DNA from: an uncultured delta proteobacterium
GTDB lineage: Bacteria; Desulfobacterota; Binatia; Binatales; Binataceae
Reading direction: 5' to 3'
DNA: 64,000 nucleotides
NCBI GenBank assembly: GCA_963842085.1
Contig: CAWJET010000002.1
Span: forward strand, 608,001-672,000
Made by a program: the position numbers and the translations under genes. A model generated the notes under the pieces. That model was not told the origin of the DNA, did not search any database, and saw nothing but the letters and a program-made list of their open reading frames with translations. Shown here one piece after another: positions 56,695-64,000 of the stretch (position 1 is the first letter of the stretch; every line of letters begins with the position of its first letter).

Positions 56695-57885
56695 GTGAAT
56701 GATTCCGCGCCAAGACTCGAAGTTGCCGTCGTCGAGGGAATCGACAAAATTCCCCGCGACGCGTGGGATGCCCTGCTCACCCCTGACGACTCCCCGTTCG
56801 TCGAATGGGACTGGCTGCGCGCGATGGAGCATTCCGGCTCGGCCGCGCGCAGCACCGGATGGGCCCCGTATCATCTCGTGGTCCGAGAGGCGCGCCAAAA
56901 GCGAATCGTCGCCGCAGCCCCGCTCTACTTGAAGACGCACAGCATGGGCGAGTTCGTATTCGACCATGGATGGGCCGACGCGGCCGAGCGCGCTGGAATC
57001 CGCTACTTTCCCAAGATTCTGGTCGGCGTGCCGTTCACGCCGCACACGGGACGCCGATTCCTTACCGCGCCAGGCTTCGATCGGGCCGGGCTCATCAATC
57101 TGCTCGGCCTCGCGCTCACGTCGATCTGCGAGGACAACAAGCTGTCCTCGGTGCACGTCAATTTTTGCGAGCCCGACGAGGCCGCCGCGCTCGCGCCGAT
57201 CGGATTCATGGAGCGGCTCGGCTACCAGTACCATTGGCATAACGCGGGCTTCGCGACCTTCGACGACTACTTGAGCCGCCTTAAGCATAAGCGTCGCACG
57301 GCAGTCCGCCACGAACGCGCCGCGATGGACAACCAGGGCGTCCACATCCGCGTGATTGCGGGCGACGAAATTCCCGACCGGATATTCGCCGAGATGTACC
57401 GAATCTATTGCTCGACGATCGAGAAGCTCTACTGGGGCCGTCAGTATCTCACCGAGGAATTTTTCGACCTCATCCGCAAATCTTTCAAACGAAACATGGT
57501 TTTCATCGGCGCATACGCGGGACGCGAGCTGATCGCCGGGGCGGTCAACCTGGCCAAAGCAAACGTGATGTACGGCCGTTACTGGGGATGCTTCCGGGAG
57601 GTCCGCTTCCTGCACTTCAACGTCTGCTACTACGCCGGCATCGAGCACTCGATCCTGAACGGCATTCAGCGTTACGAGCCCGGCGCCGGCGGCGAATACA
57701 AATGGCTGCGCGGCTTCGATCCCGCACTCACGCGCAGCATCCACTACGTCTCCAATCCCGATCTCAAACGAGCCATCGCAGGATTCCTCAAGCGCGAGCG
57801 CCACGAAGTCCAGCGATGGATCGTCGCCGGCAAAGAGCGCAGCCAACTGAAGCCGCCGCCCCCCTCAGACCAGGAATCGGAGTAA
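56695..57885 (+). CDS. FemAB-like GNAT-fold protein (DUF482 type)
   Basis: PLYLKTHSMGEFVFDHGWADA, VPFTP, SSVHVNF, YGRYWG, LHFNVCYY, GAGGEYK..RGF. Confidence 0.9.
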   Translation: MNDSAPRLEVAVVEGIDKIPRDAWDALLTPDDSPFVEWDWLRAMEHSGSAARSTGWAPYHLVVREARQKRIVAAAPLYLKTHSMGEFVFDHGWADAAERAGIRYFPKILVGVPFTPHTGRRFLTAPGFDRAGLINLLGLALTSICEDNKLSSVHVNFCEPDEAAALAPIGFMERLGYQYHWHNAGFATFDDYLSRLKHKRRTAVRHERAAMDNQGVHIRVIAGDEIPDRIFAEMYRIYCSTIEKLYWGRQYLTEEFFDLIRKSFKRNMVFIGAYAGRELIAGAVNLAKANVMYGRYWGCFREVRFLHFNVCYYAGIEHSILNGIQRYEPGAGGEYKWLRGFDPALTRSIHYVSNPDLKRAIAGFLKRERHEVQRWIVAGKERSQLKPPPPSDQESE

Positions 57886-57898
57886 CGCGGGCGCAAGC

Positions 57899-59146
57899 CT
57901 AGCGGCGGGCACCGTCGCTTTCAGTGAAGGTCAATTGCCGCGGATCGCCATCAATCGGATTCAGTTCAGGTATGTCTCTCTTGCCGCCGACGCCGAGTTC
58001 TTTGAACCGCCGCGCGGCCGGGAGCACCATCCGTTCCAGCGAACCGATAACTCTGTTGTATGAACCAACGGCGTGGTGAAGATCGCCGCCAATATCTGCA
58101 ATGTGTTCCGCCATAGTGGCCATGCGTTCGTACAAGTCTTTGCCGAGGTTGGCGATGTGCTGCGCGTTCTCCGCAATCTGTTCCTGACGCCATCCATAGG
58201 CCACCGCACGCAGCAGCGCGATCAGAGTAGTCGGCGTGGCGAGGATCACGCGCTGGCTCACTCCCTGCTCAATCAAGGATGGATCCTGTTCGAGGGCGGC
58301 ACTGAAGAAAGCCTCGCCGGGGAGGAACATCACGACGAATTCAGGCGTCGGCTGCAGGTGCTCCCAATAATTTTTCGCACTCAGCTTGGCCATATGATCG
58401 CGCACCTGCCGCGCGTGCTCCTTGAGCTTCGCGATTCGCAACTCTTCGGTGGGCGCCTCCAGGGCTTCGAGATACGCTTGCAGCGGCGCCTTCGCGTCGA
58501 CCACGATAGTCTTGCCGCCGGGCAAGAGGACGCGCATGTCGGGCCGCAGTTTTCCATTGTCGGTGTTGACGGTCTCCTGTTCAGAGAAGTCGCATCGCTC
58601 GACCATTCCTGCCAACTCTACGACGCGCTTAAGCTGAACTTCGCCCCATCGCCCGCGCACGATCGGCGCGCGCAGCGCCTTCACCAGGTTTCCCGTTTCC
58701 GCCCGGAGCAGATCCTGCGTCGAAATTAGCGACTTCACCTGCTCGGTCAGCGTTCCATAAGCGCTACTCCGATCGTTTTCCATCGAACGGATTTGCTTTG
58801 TCATTTCCGCCAGCGAATCGCCCAGCGGCTTGACCAGCGTTTCGATTTCCTGCTTGCGTGCCTGGAGTTCGCCGGCCGCCTCGCTCCTGACGGTGCCGAG
58901 TCTTTCGGTGGCGAGCGCCAGGAATCCGTCGTTGTTCTGATTCAGCGCGTCGGCTGCGAGCGCTCGGAAGGTGTCGGATAGCTGATGCGTGGCTTGGTCG
59001 AGGAGAGCTTTCTCGTCGGCGAGGCGCTTTTCGGTTTCTTCGAGCCGGATCTTGAGGCCGGTCGTACTCCCCTGCGCCAACAACCATCCGATTGCAATCC
59101 CGAGGAGAGCACCTACTCCAACTGCCGCAACCAATTCCATCACCAT
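57899..59146 (-). CDS. rmuC: DNA recombination protein RmuC
   Basis: [42 protein letters not shown]. Confidence 0.95.
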   Translation of the reverse strand: MVMELVAAVGVGALLGIAIGWLLAQGSTTGLKIRLEETEKRLADEKALLDQATHQLSDTFRALAADALNQNNDGFLALATERLGTVRSEAAGELQARKQEIETLVKPLGDSLAEMTKQIRSMENDRSSAYGTLTEQVKSLISTQDLLRAETGNLVKALRAPIVRGRWGEVQLKRVVELAGMVERCDFSEQETVNTDNGKLRPDMRVLLPGGKTIVVDAKAPLQAYLEALEAPTEELRIAKLKEHARQVRDHMAKLSAKNYWEHLQPTPEFVVMFLPGEAFFSAALEQDPSLIEQGVSQRVILATPTTLIALLRAVAYGWRQEQIAENAQHIANLGKDLYERMATMAEHIADIGGDLHHAVGSYNRVIGSLERMVLPAARRFKELGVGGKRDIPELNPIDGDPRQLTFTESDGARR

Positions 59147-59307
59147 CCGTCACCTCCCTTGGCTCCACTTCCAGCAGAGATTGTATTCCCCAAATGCATA
59201 AGCGTCTATTCGACTATGCACAGCTTAACTCCCTGCGGTGACAACGGTTGTCGCGATGCACCTGTTCGCCGCGCCTGCTATCGTGACGTGGCAACGGGGC
59301 CGACGTC

Positions 59308-60561
59308 TTGAAAGACCTGCTCACCAAAGGCTCGATTCCAATTCTGCTCGGCACCGGCGGCGTCGGTAAGACCACCGTCGCCGCCGCGCTCGCCCTTGCC
59401 GGCGCATCCGCGGGTCTCAACACCGCAGTGATTACCGTCGATCCTGCCGAGCGCCTGCGCGACGCGCTCGGCCTGGCGCGCCTGGGCGGACAGCCGACCC
59501 GAATCGGCGCGCGCCAGCTCGCCACCGCCGGACTCGACGCGCACCTTCAGCTCTCGGCCATGATGCTCGACGTGACCGGGGCCTGGGACGCCATCGTCGA
59601 GCGCTTCGTCGCCGACCCGGTGATGCGCCGCCGAATTTTCGACAATCCATTCTACAAAAGCCTGACCGCCGAGTTCGCCGGGTCCGAGGCTTTCGCCGCG
59701 CTCCAGCGACTTTACGATCTTCATCAGACACACGCCTTCGAGCTCGAAGTCGTGGACACTCCGCCCGCCTCGCACTCGTTCGAGTTCCTGCAGACGCCCG
59801 CGCGGCTGATTCGGCTGCTCGATTCGCGGACCGCGCGATGGCTTTTCACCCCGTCGCTGTCGGCCGGGCGGATTGCGATGAAGGTCGCGAGCGAGGCCGC
59901 GCGCTTTGTGCTGCGCGAATTGGAGCGCTTTGCCGGCGGCAACGTGCTTTCGACTATCGCGGATTTTTTCGCGGCCGCCGCCGACAGCATGGACGCGATC
60001 GTCGATCGCCTGCACAAAACCCAGGCGCTGCTGCATTCGCCTGCCGTGCGGTTCGTGATGGTTACGACGGCGGAACCCGACCGCATCCTGCAAGCGCGCG
60101 AGCTGCTTGCGCAGATGGGCGCCGAGGGACTTAAGCTCGCCGCAATCGTCGTCAATCGCTTCCTCGACGAGCGTACTTTTCTCGAAACCGCGCGCGTGGC
60201 GCGGGAATCGTCGGCGGTCGCGGATTCCGCAGGGCGTCCGCTGAGTCATCTTGCGGAAATTTCGGAGTTGCGATCGTCGCTCGCTAGAGATGGCGCCGAC
60301 GCCAATGGCTTAGGCCGCCTGGTCCGTCACTTCGAGGAGTATCGCGACCGCACGCTTGACGAGATCGAACGGGTTGCCAGGTTCGCGCGTGAACTACCGC
60401 CCGGCGTCAAGCTCGCGATCGCACCGGAAATCGAAGGCGGGGTGCGCGACCTGGCCGCACTCTCGAGAGTCTCGCGTTATCTGATCTCAGGCACCACCAT
60501 CCTTAAGCCGCTGGCGTCAGCTGCGCGCGTCGTGGCGATTGCGAGCAGGCCTAACCCCTAA
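59308..60561 (+). CDS. ArsA/Get3-related P-loop ATPase (subunit B-like)
   Basis: GTGGVGKTT, ITVDPAERLRDALG, VVDTPP, IVVNR. Confidence 0.88.
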   Translation: MKDLLTKGSIPILLGTGGVGKTTVAAALALAGASAGLNTAVITVDPAERLRDALGLARLGGQPTRIGARQLATAGLDAHLQLSAMMLDVTGAWDAIVERFVADPVMRRRIFDNPFYKSLTAEFAGSEAFAALQRLYDLHQTHAFELEVVDTPPASHSFEFLQTPARLIRLLDSRTARWLFTPSLSAGRIAMKVASEAARFVLRELERFAGGNVLSTIADFFAAAADSMDAIVDRLHKTQALLHSPAVRFVMVTTAEPDRILQARELLAQMGAEGLKLAAIVVNRFLDERTFLETARVARESSAVADSAGRPLSHLAEISELRSSLARDGADANGLGRLVRHFEEYRDRTLDEIERVARFARELPPGVKLAIAPEIEGGVRDLAALSRVSRYLISGTTILKPLASAARVVAIASRPNP

Positions 60562-60587
60562 CCCTTTCACATGTGGTAAGGGGAACA
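60550..60587 (+). repeat. Intergenic REP-like repeat family A, copy 3
   Basis: cctaacccctaaccctttcacatgtggtaaggggaaca; supplies the last codons and stop of the ArsA-like gene. Confidence 0.75.
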
Positions 60588-60721
60588 ATCGTAGGAACGG
60601 GGAATGCGCTGCAGAACCCTCACCTAACCTCTCCTGTCTTGGACGAGCGATCGGCGGCCGGCTGTTTTACCGACGCCCGCAGCCTGGACTACGCCGGCAA
60701 ATTGCACGTCCCCTGAAAATA

Positions 60722-61064
<343 letters not shown>

Positions 61065-61183
61065 CGCGATCAGAGTAGCATCTTTTCGGGTCCCGCTCCG
61101 CCATCTCCGCTGGTGACACAATTTGTATTCGGGCGTAATTCTGAAATGTTCGACACTCGAAATCTCTCTTATGGAGACGAATC

Positions 61184-61498
61184 ATGAAATCCATTCGAGT
61201 CGAGCAAGCCAACGGTCCTTTCAAGCTGGTCGATGAAAAAATCGTCGAGCCCGCGCGCAGACAAGGTGCAGGCGTGCGGCATCTGTCACAGCGACGTGTG
61301 CGCGTCCTCGACACAATCGCCTCGCGCCACTCAGCCGGCACCGTGATAGTCGCAAGCCACGGCAACCTGGTCGCGCTCGCGCTGCACGCGATAATGCCAA
61401 ACGTCGACTACGCGTTCTGGGAATCGATCCCGATGCCGGCAGTGTTCACGCTGGTGCGGGAGGATAAGGGCTGGAGATGCACGAACAAGAGAACGTAG
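61184..61498 (+). pseudogene. Chimeric remnant: Zn-alcohol dehydrogenase N-terminus joined to a histidine-phosphatase C-terminus
   Basis: MKSIRVEQANGPFKLV…EP, then KVQACGICHSD in the +1 frame (61263-61295), then TVIVASHGN…YAFWESIPMPAVF. Confidence 0.7.
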
Positions 61499-61549
61499 GA
61501 CAACTCAGCCTGGACACGACGCTCGCATCGTCCGTTGCCCGATTCTTGC

Positions 61550-61614
61550 GTCATCCAGAGCGAAGCGAAGGAAGCCGGATCCGGGATTCTTCGCCGCAGC
61601 GGCTCTGAATGACA
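61550..61614. repeat. Intergenic repeat related to family B, copy 3
   Basis: gtcatccagagcgaagcgaag…gattcttcgccgcagcggctctgaatgac palindromic arms between convergent genes. Confidence 0.65.
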
Positions 61615-61643
61615 GGAGCGAAGGGGGTCGCTGGTGTTCTTCC

Positions 61644-62360
61644 CTACTCGGGCGCGGGCTCCTCGTAATACAAAACGCGCTGGCAGTTCGGGCAAAAGTG
61701 TATCTGCTGATGCTTCTGGATCTCGTTGTATAACTGCGGCGGCAATCGCATCCTGCATCCCTGGCAGGTTCCGCCCTTCGCCAGCGCAACCGCGACGCCC
61801 GCGCGCCGGTTGAAAATCATCTGGTAGCGCGAGAGCAAGTTCGCATCGACGTTCTCGGCTACCTTCTCGCGCGCCTTGCGTTGCTTCCCGATGCTGCCCT
61901 TGAGCTCTTCGACTTCGGCCGCGATTTCCTTTTCCGCCGCCGTCAGATCGACGCGGCCTTTCGCGATCGCTTCGGTCAGCTCCTTGATTCGCGCCGTCCG
62001 CGCATCCGCGCCTTCCATCGAGGCAAGCAACTCGCCCTCGAGCCGCTGATTGCTCTCCTTCAACGACTCGATCTCGTGGGTCAGCGCCTGCAGTTCCTTG
62101 TCGTTGCGGACCAGCGTCAATCGCATCCGCTTGTTGCGGATTCGGACTTCGCCCTCGGCCAGTTCACGCTCGCCCTTTTTGCGGGCCGCGGTTATTTCCT
62201 TGTCTTGCTCGGTCAGGCGTTCGAGTTCGGCCTGGTTGTTCTGGTTCTCTTCACGAAGTTGGTCAACTCGCCCGGCGATCGACGCCAGCTTTTGCTCCAA
62301 CTCCTGCAGCTGCCGGTCGATAACCTGGAGGTCCATCAGCCGGTTTATCTCTTCACGCAA
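61644..62360 (-). CDS. Coiled-coil protein with C4-type zinc ribbon (DUF164/CT398-like)
   Basis: LMDLQVID, long coiled coil, CQGCRM…CPNCQRVLY. Confidence 0.92.
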   Translation of the reverse strand: MREEINRLMDLQVIDRQLQELEQKLASIAGRVDQLREENQNNQAELERLTEQDKEITAARKKGERELAEGEVRIRNKRMRLTLVRNDKELQALTHEIESLKESNQRLEGELLASMEGADARTARIKELTEAIAKGRVDLTAAEKEIAAEVEELKGSIGKQRKAREKVAENVDANLLSRYQMIFNRRAGVAVALAKGGTCQGCRMRLPPQLYNEIQKHQQIHFCPNCQRVLYYEEPAPE

Positions 62361-62458
62361 TTCTTCCCTCCGCTAAGGTTGTGCGCGTCGCGCAAGTCTT
62401 GGTTTTTCGTTGTCTTCATGAAACGTCTCGCCGCGCAGTGCCGCAAACGTGATTGATA

Positions 62459-62534
62459 TGGGCCCACCAGGATTTGAACCTGGGACCAGCCGGTTATGAG
62501 CCGGCAGCTCTGAACCTGGCTGAGCTATGGGCCC
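62459..62534 (-). tRNA. tRNA with CAT anticodon, most likely tRNA-Ile2 (lysidine type)
   Basis: GGGCCCATAGCTCAG…GCCGGCTCATAACCGGC…GGTTCAAATCC…GGGCCCA; G1-C72 paired so not an initiator; CCA not encoded. Confidence 0.88.
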
Positions 62535-62632
62535 TCTGGAGTGCATCAGGCTGCTCTGATGGTAGCAAGTTCGCGCAAAAGACTTAAGGGCTGACGGTCG
62601 GAACATTCGTTCAACTTATGTACATCCGTTCC

Positions 62633-64000
62633 TCACGCGCCGCGACCCTCGCGTCGGAGCGCGATCACGGCTTGCGCCGTTGACACATCGGCTGCGCCCT
62701 GGCGCAGGCGGCCGAGTTCGCGCGCGCGGCGGCGGCGCTCGAGCGCGACGACGTAGTCATTGACGAGAGCGCGGCATTTCTCGAGATCGCTGGAATATTT
62801 CTGCGTCTCGTCCTCGACGTCTTCAGTCTGCGGCCCGACGGCAAACTCGCTCACCCGGCTTTGCTCGTCGGCGGTCAGCCGATCGGCAATCCATTGTTCC
62901 AGCGCAGTGTATGGCTCGTCGGTGCGGCACAGGTCGGCCAGCACGTCGCCCCGGCGAATTTCTTCGAAATTCGCCGCGGCTCCGGACTGCGCAATTTCGT
63001 TGCGCAGCTCCGGATGCAGCAGCGCCAGCGCGATCAGGCCGAGTTCGGCCTTCGCGCCGGCGTCGCCGCCGCCGCCCGCCGCGGCGGGCGGCGGGTCGGG
63101 GTTCGCGCGCGTATCGCGCGCGAACCCCGACGGCGTCGCGGACCGCGAATGCGGTCCGCGCGCCTCCTTGCGCAATACTTCCTCTCCAATCGAGAGGAGG
63201 TCGGCGGCTTTGCGCGCCAACAAATCGAACTGAAAGGGATCGCCGACCAGCTTGAGCATCTCGGCCGCGCGCTGCGCCGCCCGCGCGCGCTCGGCGATCG
63301 AGCCGCGCGCCTCGCTCGCCTGCTCGCTGAGAAAATAGTCGACCAGCAATTCGGATTTCTCGATCAGCTCCGCGAACGCGGCTACGCCGCGTTCGCGGAT
63401 AAACGTATCGGGATCGAAACCCGACGGAATGAAAATCCCCCGTCCCAGCAAGCCCGCCTGCAAAAAAATCTCCAGCGCCCGCATCGAGGCTTTGCGCCCT
63501 GCCGCGTCGCCGTCGAAGCACGCAATCACATTTTTCGTGTATCGACTCAGCACGCGAAGCTGCTCGACCGTCAGCGCCGTGCCGCATCCCGCGACCGTCT
63601 CCTTGAACCCCGCCTGCCACAGCGCAATCACGTCGAAGTAACCTTCGACCAGGATCGCGCGGTCCTTGCCCGACGCCGCGCTGGACGAAATCGCCTGCCG
63701 CGCTTCGAACAGTCCGTAAAGCGTTCGCGTCTTCGAGTACAGCGGCGACTCGGGCGAGTTGATGTACTTGGGAAGGCGAGCGTCGAGCACGCGCCCGCCG
63801 AATGCGATCGCGCGCCCTTGCGCGTCGCGAATCGGGAACATCACACGCGCGCGAAACATGTCGTAGGCTTCGTTGCCATCTTTCCTGACGAGGCCAACTT
63901 TCACGCCCGCCTCGCGCAGTCCGCGCTTTTCGAGCGCCTTCGCCAGCGACGCCGGCCGGCTCGGCGCAAACCCGAGCATGAACGCGCGCGCCGTCTCGAC
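62633..64000 (-). CDS. dnaG: DNA primase (5' part outside the window)
   Basis: FRARVMFPI, FGGR, KYINSPESP, VEGYFDV, TOPRIM CFDGDAAG, DPD. Confidence 0.96.
   Translation of the reverse strand, partial: VETARAFMLGFAPSRPASLAKALEKRGLREAGVKVGLVRKDGNEAYDMFRARVMFPIRDAQGRAIAFGGRVLDARLPKYINSPESPLYSKTRTLYGLFEARQAISSSAASGKDRAILVEGYFDVIALWQAGFKETVAGCGTALTVEQLRVLSRYTKNVIACFDGDAAGRKASMRALEIFLQAGLLGRGIFIPSGFDPDTFIRERGVAAFAELIEKSELLVDYFLSEQASEARGSIAERARAAQRAAEMLKLVGDPFQFDLLARKAADLLSIGEEVLRKEARGPHSRSATPSGFARDTRANPDPPPAAAGGGGDAGAKAELGLIALALLHPELRNEIAQSGAAANFEEIRRGDVLADLCRTDEPYTALEQWIADRLTADEQSRVSEFAVGPQTEDVEDETQKYSSDLEKCRALVNDYVVALERRRRARELGRLRQGAADVSTAQAVIALRREGRGA

Overview
High-GC bacterial chromosomal window. 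Gene content and order suggest a Deltaproteobacteria-like lineage such as Candidatus Binatota; this is inferred, not checked. Most of it is housekeeping or metabolic: a MacB-type ABC exporter, nadA-nrtR, a sigma54 two-component system, mlaEFD, tyrS, pth, hisC, typA, tkt/tal-pgi/pgl, fabF/fabH, a B12 mutase, pgm, pgsA, nadB, clpS/clpA, rmuC, rnpB, dnaG and three tRNAs. I found no CRISPR array, integrase, transposase or prophage. The most notable observations are: (1) a 760-bp integrase-free hicB-hicA cassette bounded by two 137-bp copies of the clpA 3' end that differ almost only at synonymous sites; (2) two ArsA/Get3-like ATPases with complementary motif defects lying about 19 kb apart; (3) matching candidate NrtR operators at nadA and nadB, 45 kb apart; (4) two small orphan proteins resembling sigma70 region 4 that flank tyrS, one frameshifted, while rpoD is absent after dnaG; (5) a divergent ethylmalonyl-CoA-mutase-like enzyme; (6) a 5-kb accessory block between tRNA-Gly and tRNA-Cys; and (7) two families of small intergenic repeats. 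All calls come from reading motifs by eye; no database searches were run.
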